Assembly (NCBI GenBank): GCA_041565075.1 | Contig: JBFGOQ010000006.1 | Coordinates: forward strand, 724-64,723 | DNA: 64,000 nt | Direction: 5' to 3' | From: Gammaproteobacteria bacterium | GTDB lineage: Bacteria > Pseudomonadota > Gammaproteobacteria > Steroidobacterales > JABDLF01 | Shown here: piece by piece, positions 10,478 through 20,322 of the stretch | Position numbering within the stretch: position 1 is the stretch's first letter | Layout of the letters: every line of letters starts with the position of its first letter | The notes under the pieces: model-generated | What the model saw: the letters and a program-made list of their open reading frames with translations, nothing else | What the model was told of the DNA's origin: nothing | Databases searched by the model: none | Translations under genes and position numbers: made by a program

Positions 10478-11995
10478 TTGAACACCAGGGGGCGCTTGCC
10501 GGATTACCTTGTTTTCCTTAGCGCGCGCTATGGCAGCTGGCTGGCCTTTTTATCGGGGCTCGCTTTGCCGCTTGCCTTCGCCCCGTTTGCGTTCGCGCCC
10601 GTCGCCATTCTCAGCCTGGCCGTGCTGCTCCTGCTCTGGCAAGACGCCACGCCGGTCACTGCCGCAAGACGCGGGTTTGCCTGGGGCTTCGGTGCCTTTC
10701 TGGCAGGGCTCTACTGGCTCTACATATCCCTGCATATTTTTGGCAAGGCGCCCTTGTGGCTGTCCGTGCCGCTCATGCTGGGCGTGGTCGCCATCATGGC
10801 GCTTTATCCCGCTCTCGCGGGTTACGTGTATGCGCGTTTTGCGCCGGCCTCTGTACATCTTGCCTTGCTGCTTTTCTTGCCTGCCATCTGGGCATTGCTG
10901 GAATGGCTGCGCGGCTGGCTGGCGAGTGGCTTTCCCTGGCTGGCAATGGGCTACAGTCAGACCGACACTGTCCTGGCGGGCTTCGCGCCCATTGGCGGCG
11001 TTTACCTGGTGGGCGCACTGGTGGCGGCCAGCGCTGGGGCGCTGGTCGGCCTGATAATCGAGCGCCGGCGCGGATTGGTGCTTACTTGCCTGCTGAGCCT
11101 GTGGGTGATCGGTGCGGCAATCCGGCCCATGCCGTTTACGGTGCCAAAAAGCGAGACGCTGACCGTCAGCCTGCTGCAGGGCGCGGTGCCGCAGGATCAG
11201 AAATGGCTGCCCGAGCAGTTTGCGCCAACGCTGGATCTTTACCTGCGAATGACCCGCGACAACTGGACGAGCGACCTGGTGATCTGGCCGGAAGCGGCCA
11301 TACCGGCCTTGCTTGCCAACGTCGAAGACTATCTCGGTGCCGTATGGCAAGCGGCACGCGCCAATGACACGGCCCTGCTTATAGGCATTCCTAGAAAAGA
11401 CCCGGACAACGGGCAGTATTTTAATTCCGTCGTGGCGCTCGACGAAGTGCGCACGATTTACGACAAGCGTCATCTCGTGCCATTTGGAGAATACTTTCCG
11501 GTGCCGGATTTCGTGCGTCGCTGGATGCGACTTATGAACCTTCCTTATTCGGATTTTACTGCGGGTCGTGATGACCAGGCACCGGTCCAGGTGGCCGGTG
11601 AAACATTGGCGGTAACGATTTGCTATGAGGACGTATTCGGCGCCGAGCAATTGCGCGAGATCGCACACGCAAGCCTGTTGGTTAACGTCAGCAATGATGC
11701 CTGGTTTGGTGATTCCATCGCTCCCCACCAGCACTTGCAGATCGCGCGCATGCGGGCCATGGAAACCCGGCGCCCTATGTTGCGGGCGACGAATACCGGT
11801 ATCTCGGCATTCATTGGACCCGATGGCGGGATATTGCGCCGCTCGCAGCAATTCTCCAGCCAGGTGCTTACCGCCGAAGTGCGCGGGCATAAAGGCAAAA
11901 CGCCCTACATGGTGTTGCGTGACTGGTTGCTGGTGGTGCTGGCCGCGACGGCTGTCGCCGTGGCCCTGCTCGCCGACCGGCGGCGTCCTGTGTAG
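10478..11995 (+). CDS. lnt: Apolipoprotein N-acyltransferase
   Basis: Multi-TM N-terminus followed by a C-N hydrolase domain with the catalytic Cys context AVTICYEDVFG. TTG start. Confidence 0.93.
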   Translation: MNTRGRLPDYLVFLSARYGSWLAFLSGLALPLAFAPFAFAPVAILSLAVLLLLWQDATPVTAARRGFAWGFGAFLAGLYWLYISLHIFGKAPLWLSVPLMLGVVAIMALYPALAGYVYARFAPASVHLALLLFLPAIWALLEWLRGWLASGFPWLAMGYSQTDTVLAGFAPIGGVYLVGALVAASAGALVGLIIERRRGLVLTCLLSLWVIGAAIRPMPFTVPKSETLTVSLLQGAVPQDQKWLPEQFAPTLDLYLRMTRDNWTSDLVIWPEAAIPALLANVEDYLGAVWQAARANDTALLIGIPRKDPDNGQYFNSVVALDEVRTIYDKRHLVPFGEYFPVPDFVRRWMRLMNLPYSDFTAGRDDQAPVQVAGETLAVTICYEDVFGAEQLREIAHASLLVNVSNDAWFGDSIAPHQHLQIARMRAMETRRPMLRATNTGISAFIGPDGGILRRSQQFSSQVLTAEVRGHKGKTPYMVLRDWLLVVLAATAVAVALLADRRRPV

Positions 11996-12067
11996 CTTTC
12001 GCGATGGCTGCGTTATTCTTACCGGTTTAAGCATGGGCGCACGCCGGCGGGCGGTAGCAAGGATTTA

Positions 12068-14671
12068 ATGGAAGACCTTTACAAGCCTGAAGACATTGAA
12101 CCCCGGGTCCAGAAATACTGGGACGAGCATGGGTTTTTTCGCGTTGCGGAATCGCCCGGTGCCGACAAGTTCTATTGCCTGTCGATGTTGCCGTATCCGA
12201 GTGGCGCTCTGCACATGGGCCACGTGCGCAATTACACGATTGGCGACGTAATTTCACGATACCAGCGGATGCTGGGCAAGAAGGTGTTGCAGCCGATGGG
12301 CTGGGATGCGTTTGGTTTGCCAGCGGAAAACGCGGCGATAAAAAACCAGGTACCGCCAGCGAGCTGGACTTACCAGAACATCGATCATATGCGCATGCAG
12401 TTGCGCCGCCTCGGATTCGCCTACGACTGGTCGCGGGAGTTCGCGACCTGTGATCCGCAGTACTATCGCTGGGAACAGCAAATGTTCGTGCGCTTGTATG
12501 CCAAGGGTCTGGTGTACCGCAAGAACGCCACCGTCAACTGGGACCCGGTTGACCAGACGGTACTGGCAAACGAACAGGTTATCGACGGCAAGGGCTGGCG
12601 GTCCGGAGCACCGGTGCAGCGTAAGGAAATTCCACAGTGGTTTCTGAAAATCACGGACTATGCCCAGGAATTACTCGACTGCCTGGACGAACTGGATGGC
12701 TGGCCGGACTCCGTCAAGACCATGCAGCGCAACTGGATCGGTCGCTCCGAAGGCGCCGAGTTTGCGCTGTCTGTGTGCGACGAAAACGGCACACTACATG
12801 CCGATAATTTGCAGGTGCAGGTGTTTACCACGCGCCCGGATACGAGCTTTGGAATGACCTATGCGGTCCTGGCGCCGGAGCATCCGCTCGTGGCACGCAT
12901 AACCACCAAAGCACAGCGTGAGCAGGTTGAGTCGTTTGTGGTGCACGCGGCGCAGGAAGAAGATATCGAGCGCATGGCCGAAGGTGGTGCGCTGGAAAAA
13001 CGCGGCGTGTTTACCGGCGCTTACCTGCTTAACCCGTTCAACCGTAAACCCGTGCCCTTGTTTCTGGCCGATTACGTGCTCATGAGCTACGGCACCGGCG
13101 CCATCATGGCGGTGCCGGGTCAGGACCAGCGTGACTGGGACTTCGCCAGTGCGCATGGCCTGCCGATCGTGCGCACGGTACAGCCGCCCGACGATTTTGG
13201 CGATGGTCCATATCTTGGCGACGGACCTGCCATCAACAGCGAATGGCTGAATGGTCTCGAAGTTGATGCCGCCAAGGAGAAGGCAATTCAATGGATTGAG
13301 GAGCAGGGTATCGGCGTACGCAAGATCAACTTTCGCCTGCGCGACTGGGGTGTTTCCCGCCAGCGCTACTGGGGATGTCCCATCCCGATGATTTATTGCG
13401 AAACCTGTGGCGAAGTGCCGGTGCCCGAAGAGGACCTGCCCGTGGTGCTGCCCGAAGATGTCGAGTTCATGGGCGTGCAGTCACCGATCAAGGCCGACCC
13501 CCAGTGGCGCAAGACCAGCTGCCCCAGGTGCCAGGGCCCGGCGGAACGCGAGACCGACACTTTTGACACGTTCATGGAATCATCCTGGTATTACGCGCGT
13601 TATTGCTCGCCGGGCGCCGACAGCCAGATTGATGAACGTGCCAATTACTGGTTGCCGGTAGATCAGTACATTGGCGGTATCGAGCACGCGATCTTGCACC
13701 TGATGTACTTTCGTTTTTATCACAAGGTCATGCGCGATCTGGGTATGGTGCGTTCGGACGAACCTGCTACCCGATTGCTGTGCCAGGGCATGGTTGTGGC
13801 GGAAACCTATTACCGCGACGAAGCCGATGGATCGCGGGTCTATTTCAATCCCACCGAGGTCGAAGTCGAACGTGACACCCAGGGCGGTATAACCGGCGCA
13901 GTGCTCATTGCAGATGGCAAGCCAGTCACGGTAGGTCCCGTGGAAAAAATGTCCAAGTCACGTAATAACGGCGTCGATCCGCAGTCACTGATCGACCGCT
14001 ACGGCGCTGACACCGTGCGCCTGTTCACGATGTTCGCCTCGCCGCCGGACCAGTCGCTGGAGTGGTCCGAGAGCGGCGTTGAGGGTGCTGCACGATTTTT
14101 GCGCAAACTGTGGCGTAATGTCAGCGAGCACCTGCAGGCAGGTTCGCCGGCAAAACTGGATCTGCAAGCCTTGAACGATAAACAGCGCGCGCTCAGGCGC
14201 AAATTGCATGAGACCATCGCCAAGGTCGGCGACGATGTGGGTCGTCGTTACACTTTCAATACCGCCATCGCGGCGATCATGGAGCTGCAGAATGCGCTGG
14301 TTCGCCACCCGGACAAGGGACCGCAGGACATGGCGGTGGCCCGGGAAGCCTGGCGCGCCATTGTTCTGATGCTGGCGCCCATGGTGCCCCACGTCGCCGA
14401 GGACTTGTGGCCGCGCCTGGGTGGCGAGGGTGCCGTGGTGGATGCGCCGTGGCCGCAAGCGGACGAATCTGCGCTGCTAAAGAGCACGGTGGAAATCGTG
14501 GTGCAGGTCAACGGTAAGTTGCGTGGACGGGTAACGGTCGACGCCGACGCGGACCGCGAGCGAGTGACCGAGATGGCTCTGGCGGAAGAAAACGTCGTTC
14601 GTTTTATTGGCGAAAAACCGGTGCGCAAAGTGGTGGTGGTTCCCGGGCGCCTGGTCAACGTCGTGGTGTGA
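12068..14671 (+). CDS. leuS: Leucyl-tRNA synthetase
   Basis: Class I signatures PSGALHMGHVRNY (HIGH) and EKMSKSRNN (KMSKS). 867 aa. Confidence 0.98.
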   Translation: MEDLYKPEDIEPRVQKYWDEHGFFRVAESPGADKFYCLSMLPYPSGALHMGHVRNYTIGDVISRYQRMLGKKVLQPMGWDAFGLPAENAAIKNQVPPASWTYQNIDHMRMQLRRLGFAYDWSREFATCDPQYYRWEQQMFVRLYAKGLVYRKNATVNWDPVDQTVLANEQVIDGKGWRSGAPVQRKEIPQWFLKITDYAQELLDCLDELDGWPDSVKTMQRNWIGRSEGAEFALSVCDENGTLHADNLQVQVFTTRPDTSFGMTYAVLAPEHPLVARITTKAQREQVESFVVHAAQEEDIERMAEGGALEKRGVFTGAYLLNPFNRKPVPLFLADYVLMSYGTGAIMAVPGQDQRDWDFASAHGLPIVRTVQPPDDFGDGPYLGDGPAINSEWLNGLEVDAAKEKAIQWIEEQGIGVRKINFRLRDWGVSRQRYWGCPIPMIYCETCGEVPVPEEDLPVVLPEDVEFMGVQSPIKADPQWRKTSCPRCQGPAERETDTFDTFMESSWYYARYCSPGADSQIDERANYWLPVDQYIGGIEHAILHLMYFRFYHKVMRDLGMVRSDEPATRLLCQGMVVAETYYRDEADGSRVYFNPTEVEVERDTQGGITGAVLIADGKPVTVGPVEKMSKSRNNGVDPQSLIDRYGADTVRLFTMFASPPDQSLEWSESGVEGAARFLRKLWRNVSEHLQAGSPAKLDLQALNDKQRALRRKLHETIAKVGDDVGRRYTFNTAIAAIMELQNALVRHPDKGPQDMAVAREAWRAIVLMLAPMVPHVAEDLWPRLGGEGAVVDAPWPQADESALLKSTVEIVVQVNGKLRGRVTVDADADRERVTEMALAEENVVRFIGEKPVRKVVVVPGRLVNVVV

Positions 14672-14681
14672 CAGCACGTTC

Positions 14682-15170
14682 ATGAATCGCAACGTATTGA
14701 TTATGGCGGGCTTGCTGACATTCCTGACGGCCTGCGGGTTTCGCCTGCAGGGCACGGGGCAATTGCCGGCGCAGATGCAGCGTACCTGGATCGAATGGCC
14801 GACCAATGCGTCGCCAGGCTTGCAGCGCAGTCTCCCACGTTCCCTGGCGACTGCCAGAATCCAGATGGCGGACTCACCAGAGGAGGCGACGGCAGTGTTG
14901 TGGGTGCTGGAAAACCTGTACGGCGAACGGGTGTTGTCGGTATCCGCTACCAATATTCCGGAAGAACTCGAGGTGTATCACTCGGTGACCTTCGAATTGC
15001 GCACAGCCGACGAGGTAATTTTCCCCCGCGAGACTATCACCTTGACGCGTGATTACACGTTCGACGAAAAGGCCGTGCTTGCCAAATATCGAGAAGGCGA
15101 GGTCATTGCCGATGCGTTGGTGCGTGACGTGGTGCAGCAGATTCGCCGACGCCTTGCAGTTCTGGAGTGA
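14682..15170 (+). CDS. lptE: LPS-assembly lipoprotein LptE
   Basis: Signal peptide with lipobox (MNRNVLIMAGLLTFLTAC). Lies immediately downstream of leuS, as in other gammaproteobacteria. The start is trimmed from 14607 to ATG 14682. Confidence 0.85.
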   Translation: MNRNVLIMAGLLTFLTACGFRLQGTGQLPAQMQRTWIEWPTNASPGLQRSLPRSLATARIQMADSPEEATAVLWVLENLYGERVLSVSATNIPEELEVYHSVTFELRTADEVIFPRETITLTRDYTFDEKAVLAKYREGEVIADALVRDVVQQIRRRLAVLE

Positions 15171-15173
15171 AGC

Positions 15174-15709
15174 GTGACTGAATCGCCCGGCGTGCTGGAG
15201 TTGCGGGAAGTCGGAGAGCTCGCCGTCAATCGGCTTTTTCGCGTTACGGTCTCAGGCTCGCGCATTGCGCAGGCAACGCCATCATCCGCGGATCGTTCTG
15301 GGGTGCGCCGGAAGCGGGGCTCATCGGCGACACCATTTATGCGCGACCTGATACTCCCGTGCACTCCGTCCTGCATGAAGCCTGCCACAACCTGTGCATG
15401 ACGCCCGCCCGCCGCCTGCGCCTTCATACCGATGCCGGCGGAGACCATGCCGAAGAAAATTGCGTCTGCTACATGCAGATCGTACTTGCAGAATTCTTAC
15501 CCGGTATGGGCCGCGACCGCATGCTGGCTGATATGGACGCATGGGGGTACACATTCCGGCTGGGCTCGGCCAGGGCCTGGTTCGAGCATGATGCTGTGGG
15601 CGTTGTCAGGCAACTCTGCGGGTGGGGAATGCTGACTGCGGCAGGGCGGCCGACCTGGCACAGGCGCGGCGCAAGTGAGGCACCGGAGCTTGATGTCCTC
15701 CGGGCCTGA
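15174..15709 (+). pseudogene. Frameshifted (or mis-sequenced) small HExxH-motif protein gene
   Basis: Frame 0 reads MTESPGVLELREVGELAVNRLFRVTVSGSRIAQ. Frame 2 is open from 15182 and reads ..GNAIIRGSFWGAPEAGLIGDTIYARPDTPVHSVLHEACHNLCM.. through to 15709. Both look coding, and a 1-nt shift near 15270 joins them into about 178 aa. Confidence 0.4.
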
Positions 15710-17219
15710 TTACGGCGAACTGGCCCGGGCCCTGGGCGAAGGCCGCTACGAGCACGTCGCCGGGCAGGCTCGCGAGCTGCTTGCCAGCGGGCAGCGCGAA
15801 GCCGAGGTCTACGAGCTGCTGGCCCACGCACTGCGACGCCAAGGCCAGGCGGAGGCGGCCCTGGCCATTTGCGACGAACTGCTCAGCCGCTTTCCGACCC
15901 GTGCCAGCGCCTGGCGCGAGGCGGGTCGCACGCTGAACAACCTGGGGCGACTTGCGCGGGCGAGTGAAGCGCTCAGCAAAGCATGTGATCTCGGACCCGA
16001 GGACGCGGGCATTCGCCACGACCTGGCCCATGTGCAGCAGCGCCTCGGAGATCTCGACGGTGCGCGCACCGGATTCGACCGGGCCGCTCAGTTGCGACCG
16101 GATTGGGCGGCGCCGTTGCTGCGCCTGGGGTCTCTCGAAATCATGCAGGAAGATTTTGCCGCGGCAGAGAAAATCTCGTTACGCGCGACACAACTGGATG
16201 ACAGCAACGCGGATGCCTGGACGACACTCGGCGTCGCCCGACACAAGCTTGGCAAACATGCCAAGGCGAGCGCGGCCTACAGGCGGGCTCTGGAGTGCCA
16301 ACCCGGTCACGCCGAAGCCTGGGGCAATCTGGGGATCAGTCTGCACGATGAAGGCAAACTCGACGAGGCGGTCGAGGCGTATCATCAGGCACTTACGCTG
16401 AACCCGAAAGATACTCGTGCCGCCACTCACCTGGCCGACGCGTTCCTGGAAGCGGGTAACTGTGAGCAGGCGCTGGCAGTGGCCGAGGACCTGCTGGCCT
16501 GGTTTGCGGGGCACGGTGGGGCGCTTGCCAGCAAGGCCATTGCCCTCAATCGCCTGGGGCGCACTACAGACTATGCGCAGCTGGTGGATCTCGATGCTCT
16601 CGTCCTGGCCATCGATATCGAGGCACCGCCGGCATTTGCCGGACTCGATAAATTCAATGACGCTTTGTCGGCGCATGTTCTTGAGCATGAAAGCCTGCGC
16701 TACGAGCCAAGCGGTCACGCTACCCGGCATGGCCACCACACAGCCAACCTGCTGCAGTATGCGAAGGGGCCGGTTGCCGAGCTCGAAAGGGCCGTAGATA
16801 ACGCAGTGGCGTCCTACCGCAAACTGCTTGCGCGATTTCCTGATCACCCGGTGTGCGCCGCGGCGCCACGCGACTGGCGCCTGGCGCTCTGGTCGGTGGT
16901 CATGGGCAGCCAGGGACACCAGTTACCCCATATTCACCCCAGCGCCTGGCTGTCCGGCGTTTACTATGCGCGCATCCCCAGGGGCGTCAGCAGTGATGAC
17001 CAAGCCCAGGCCGGGTGGATAGAGTTTGGACGACCACCGCAGCACCTGGCAGGCGCGGCCCGGTTCCCGGTTCGCCGCCTGGTACCCCGCGAGGGTCGTA
17101 TGTTTCTGTTTCCTGCTTTTTTTTACCATCAGACAATTCCATTGCAAAGCGACGAGCCGCGAATCAGCCTGGCCTTTGACGTGGCACCGGTCTCGCCTGC
17201 CGGTGCTAACATAGGGTGA
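15693..17219 (+). CDS. TPR-repeat protein with a C-terminal 2OG-Fe(II)-oxygenase-like domain (TIGR02466 / 2OG-FeII_Oxy_5-like)
   Basis: The N-terminal ~270 aa are TPR-like (repeated A..Y..AL...P....A). The C-terminus carries HIHPSAWLSGVYYARIP and MFLFPAFFYHQTIPLQSDEPRISLAFDV. ATG 15693 is preferred over 15675. Confidence 0.8.
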   Translation: MSSGPDYGELARALGEGRYEHVAGQARELLASGQREAEVYELLAHALRRQGQAEAALAICDELLSRFPTRASAWREAGRTLNNLGRLARASEALSKACDLGPEDAGIRHDLAHVQQRLGDLDGARTGFDRAAQLRPDWAAPLLRLGSLEIMQEDFAAAEKISLRATQLDDSNADAWTTLGVARHKLGKHAKASAAYRRALECQPGHAEAWGNLGISLHDEGKLDEAVEAYHQALTLNPKDTRAATHLADAFLEAGNCEQALAVAEDLLAWFAGHGGALASKAIALNRLGRTTDYAQLVDLDALVLAIDIEAPPAFAGLDKFNDALSAHVLEHESLRYEPSGHATRHGHHTANLLQYAKGPVAELERAVDNAVASYRKLLARFPDHPVCAAAPRDWRLALWSVVMGSQGHQLPHIHPSAWLSGVYYARIPRGVSSDDQAQAGWIEFGRPPQHLAGAARFPVRRLVPREGRMFLFPAFFYHQTIPLQSDEPRISLAFDVAPVSPAGANIG

Positions 17220-17247
17220 AGGTGGTGCTTGTCCACCGCGCATCGAG

Positions 17248-17532
17248 GTGAATGCCGATATGTCTGTCGAAAATCTCAAGGCAATGCTGGGTAAAGTTCA
17301 TGCTGAGCTCGAAAACACGGAGGGCCTGGCCGAAACTGAAGAGGAGGCGCTGCGGGCACTGCTGGATGACATCGAGGAACGCCTCGATGAACTGGACGAG
17401 ACCCGCGATGGCGGCGAGACGGATATGGGGGAACGGGTGAATATGGCCATGGGCGATTTTCAGGCGTCACATCCGACCCTGGCATTCACCTTGCGCCGCC
17501 TCGTGGACACCCTGCAGAAAATGGGCATTTGA
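17248..17532 (+). CDS. Small acidic protein, DUF4404-like
   Basis: 94 aa, Glu/Asp-rich helical N-terminus, C-terminal HPTLAFTLRRLVDTLQKMGI. The family assignment is from memory. Alternative start at ATG 17260. Confidence 0.55.
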   Translation: MNADMSVENLKAMLGKVHAELENTEGLAETEEEALRALLDDIEERLDELDETRDGGETDMGERVNMAMGDFQASHPTLAFTLRRLVDTLQKMGI

Positions 17533-17661
17533 GCGACTGCACCGCCAGCCGATTTGTCGCCTCATACTCCAGTTCGTGCGCCCCGGCCAGAGCACGCCGG
17601 TGCTGGCCCGGTGACCTGCGTCCGGGTATCATGCCCCTATGAACTCCCGCCTGAGTGATAC

Positions 17662-18699
17662 GTGAAGACGGTTTCAGCCGATCAGCTTCCCGGTCTCCTG
17701 AAAAGCAAGCTCGCGCCCGCCTACCTGCTGTCCGGTGATGAACCGTTGCTGTTGGGAGAAGCGGCTGATGCCCTGCGAGCGCGCGCCCGTGAGCAGGGCT
17801 ACGAAAGTCGCGAGATCCTGTTCGCCGACGCGCGATTCGATTGGGACAAGCTGCACGCCAGCAGCGCGAATCTTTCCCTGTTTTCCGAGCGACGTATCCT
17901 CGAAGTAAGGCTGCCGGGTGGCAAGCCTGGCAAGGCGGGTGCCGCGGCACTGACGGAGTACCTCGGGAATCCGCCGGCAGATATCTTGCTGATCATGATT
18001 ACCGGCAAAGTGGACAAGCGGGTGAGCTGGGTTAAAGCATTTGTAAAACTCGGCGTGCATGTGCAGGCGTGGCCGGTCGACCGCGCGCGCCTGCCCCAGT
18101 GGATCCTGCAAAGGATGCGCGGCGCCGGACTCAAGTGCCCGCGCAGCGCGGCCGAGTTTCTCGCCGAGCGCGTCGAAGGCAACTTGCTCGCCGCCGCCCA
18201 GGAAATAGAAAAATTGCGCCTCTCTCACGGCGCCGGCGCGATTGATACCGAAACACTGATGCGCAGCGTCGCAGACAGTGCGAGATTTGACGTCTTTAAG
18301 CTGGCCGATACCGTGTTGCTGGGTGATGCGGCACGCGCACTGCGAATCATCGATGGATTACGCGCCGAGGGCGTCGCTGTGCAACTGGTGCAGTGGGCTT
18401 TGAACAGTGCGCTGCACGAAGTAGCGCGAGTGCAGGTACTGATGCAGGCGGGTCTGCCCGTTGCCGCCGCCATCGCCAAGGCGCGCATCTGGAGCAGCCG
18501 CCGTGAGACTGTCAAGGCCGGTGTCAGTCGCCACGAACTGGGACGCATTTACCGGATGATCGAATACGTCGTGCGGATCGATATGGCGGCCAAGGGACAG
18601 GGCGAGGGCGAACCCTGGGCCATGCTCAGCGATCTGGCCTGTGAATTGGCGGGCCAACCTGTATTTCGTACTGGCATCGCGCTCAGGAGAGCGGGTTAG
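17662..18699 (+). CDS. holA: DNA polymerase III delta subunit
   Basis: N-terminus LAPAYLLSGDEPLLLGEAADALR, 345 aa, in the conserved lptE-holA context. Confidence 0.92.
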   Translation: MKTVSADQLPGLLKSKLAPAYLLSGDEPLLLGEAADALRARAREQGYESREILFADARFDWDKLHASSANLSLFSERRILEVRLPGGKPGKAGAAALTEYLGNPPADILLIMITGKVDKRVSWVKAFVKLGVHVQAWPVDRARLPQWILQRMRGAGLKCPRSAAEFLAERVEGNLLAAAQEIEKLRLSHGAGAIDTETLMRSVADSARFDVFKLADTVLLGDAARALRIIDGLRAEGVAVQLVQWALNSALHEVARVQVLMQAGLPVAAAIAKARIWSSRRETVKAGVSRHELGRIYRMIEYVVRIDMAAKGQGEGEPWAMLSDLACELAGQPVFRTGIALRRAG

Positions 18700-18702
18700 G
18701 CA

Positions 18703-19392
18703 ATGAATCCAATCGGTGTATTTGGCGGCACATTCGACCCCATTCATTACGGCCACCTGCGCACCGCATTCGAGTTCCTGAAGTCCCTGCAGTTCTCGGA
18801 GGTTCGCTTCATTCCCTGCGGCATACCGCCGCACCGTGAAGTCCCGATAGCGGATGCCGCGACGCGCCTGGCTATGGTGCAGGCGGCGACCGAGGGCCAG
18901 CCCGGCTTCAACGTAGATGACCGGGAAATGCGCCGCGATGGTCCGTCTTATTCAGTGGACACCTTATTGTCGTTGCGTTCCGAGTATCCCCATCGATCCC
19001 TGTGCCTGATTATTGGTATGGACGCGTTTCTGGGACTGCCAAGCTGGCACCACTGGCGGGAACTGATGCAACTCGCACACGTGGTTGTCGCCCACAGACC
19101 GGGTTGGAAAACGCCTGACACAGGGCCACTGGCGGAACTCATGGTCGAAAGCGGCACGGCCAGCGTCAATGACTTGCACGAATACCGTGCCGGACGCATC
19201 TATGTGCATGCGGTAACGCAATTGGAGATTTCATCGACCGCGCTGCGTGACATTGTGCATGCTGGCCGTGACCCGCGTTACCTCATGCCTGAATCGGTAC
19301 GCAAGCTAATTATTGAAAGCGGTTGTTATAGCGGTGACGCTGCAGTCGCGAGCAGCAGAACGGCCGCCATGACCGAAGCCGCAAAGGAGTAA
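18703..19392 (+). CDS. nadD: Nicotinate-nucleotide adenylyltransferase
   Basis: GVFGGTFDPIHYGHL nucleotidyltransferase motif. Confidence 0.95.
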   Translation: MNPIGVFGGTFDPIHYGHLRTAFEFLKSLQFSEVRFIPCGIPPHREVPIADAATRLAMVQAATEGQPGFNVDDREMRRDGPSYSVDTLLSLRSEYPHRSLCLIIGMDAFLGLPSWHHWRELMQLAHVVVAHRPGWKTPDTGPLAELMVESGTASVNDLHEYRAGRIYVHAVTQLEISSTALRDIVHAGRDPRYLMPESVRKLIIESGCYSGDAAVASSRTAAMTEAAKE

Positions 19393-19402
19393 CCCGAACC
19401 CG

Positions 19403-19762
19403 ATGACCCCTAGCAAGCTGCACAGTCGCATCCTGCATGCGCTGGAAGAATTAAAGGCACGTGACGTAAAGGAGCTGGACGTGAGCGCGCTCACCAGCGT
19501 CACCGAAAGCATGATCATAGCGAGCGGTACCTCGAATCGTCATGTCAAATCACTGGCGGACAAAGTGATCGAAGAAGCCAAGGCAGGCGGCCACAGACCG
19601 CTGGGCGTAGAGGGTGCTGAAGAGGGTGAATGGGTCCTGGTAGATCTGGATGAGATAGTGGTGCACCTGATGTTGCCGCGAGTCAGGGATTTCTACAATC
19701 TCGAAAAGCTCTGGTCGCCGTCGCCCGGACGCGAAGACCTGGCCACCAGGCGCAGTTCCTGA
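19403..19762 (+). CDS. rsfS: Ribosomal silencing factor RsfS
   Basis: 119 aa with the RsfS/YbeB-like core (MIIASGTSNRHVKSLAD.., EWVLVDLDEIVVHLM). Lies in the nadD-rsfS-rlmH order. Confidence 0.93.
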   Translation: MTPSKLHSRILHALEELKARDVKELDVSALTSVTESMIIASGTSNRHVKSLADKVIEEAKAGGHRPLGVEGAEEGEWVLVDLDEIVVHLMLPRVRDFYNLEKLWSPSPGREDLATRRSS

Positions 19763-19774
19763 GCGCGGATCAAA

Positions 19775-20245
19775 GTGCGCTTCAGGCTGGTGGCGGCGGG
19801 TACACGGATGCCTGCCTGGGTAAACCAGGGGTTCGAATTCTATGCGGACCGTCTCCCGCGCGAATGTGCACTCGAGCTCGTCGAGATTCCACTCGGCGCG
19901 CGCAGCAAGGGCATGGATCCCGGGCGCGCCGTACTGGCAGAAGAAAAACGCATGCTGGCTGTGCCGGGCGCCAAGGATACGGTGGTCGCCATGGAAGTCG
20001 GCGGTACCCAGATGGACAGCGAGCGCCTGGCGGCGCGCATGGACCAGTGGTTCGCTGGCGGGGGTGACGTGATCTTCCTGATTGGCGGCCCGGACGGCCT
20101 TGGCTCAGGCTGTCGCCGGCGCGCCGGCCTGCAGTGGTCGCTGTCGCGCCTGACTTTGCCCCATGGCCTGGTGCGCATCGTACTGGCAGAGCAGCTCTAT
20201 CGCGCCTGGTCCATCCTCAAACACCACCCCTACCACCGCAACTGA
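19775..20245 (+). CDS. rlmH: 23S rRNA (pseudouridine1915-N3)-methyltransferase RlmH
   Basis: 156-aa SPOUT protein with FLIGGPDGL and LPHGLVRIVLAEQLYRAWSI. Confidence 0.95.
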   Translation: MRFRLVAAGTRMPAWVNQGFEFYADRLPRECALELVEIPLGARSKGMDPGRAVLAEEKRMLAVPGAKDTVVAMEVGGTQMDSERLAARMDQWFAGGGDVIFLIGGPDGLGSGCRRRAGLQWSLSRLTLPHGLVRIVLAEQLYRAWSILKHHPYHRN

Positions 20246-20322
20246 AGGCGGCAGCTCCTTGCGCCGGCAGGAGGTGACGGAATACCTTGCGCTCGGGGCC
20301 CGGAGCGGGGACACTATTTCTT

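Noticed and set aside
10550-12034. A 494-aa minus-strand ORF opposite lnt.
   Set aside because: It is a shadow ORF of lnt. The product is extremely Arg/Gln/His/Pro-rich and no domain is recognisable.
17585-17608. A hairpin, GGCCAG(A)GCAC-GCCG-GTGCTGGCC, between the DUF4404-like gene and holA.
   Set aside because: It has no U-tract and one bulge, so it is not convincing as an intrinsic terminator.
19829-19837. GGTTCGAAT, a tRNA T-loop-like string.
   Set aside because: It lies inside the well-supported rlmH coding frame and no cloverleaf context surrounds it.
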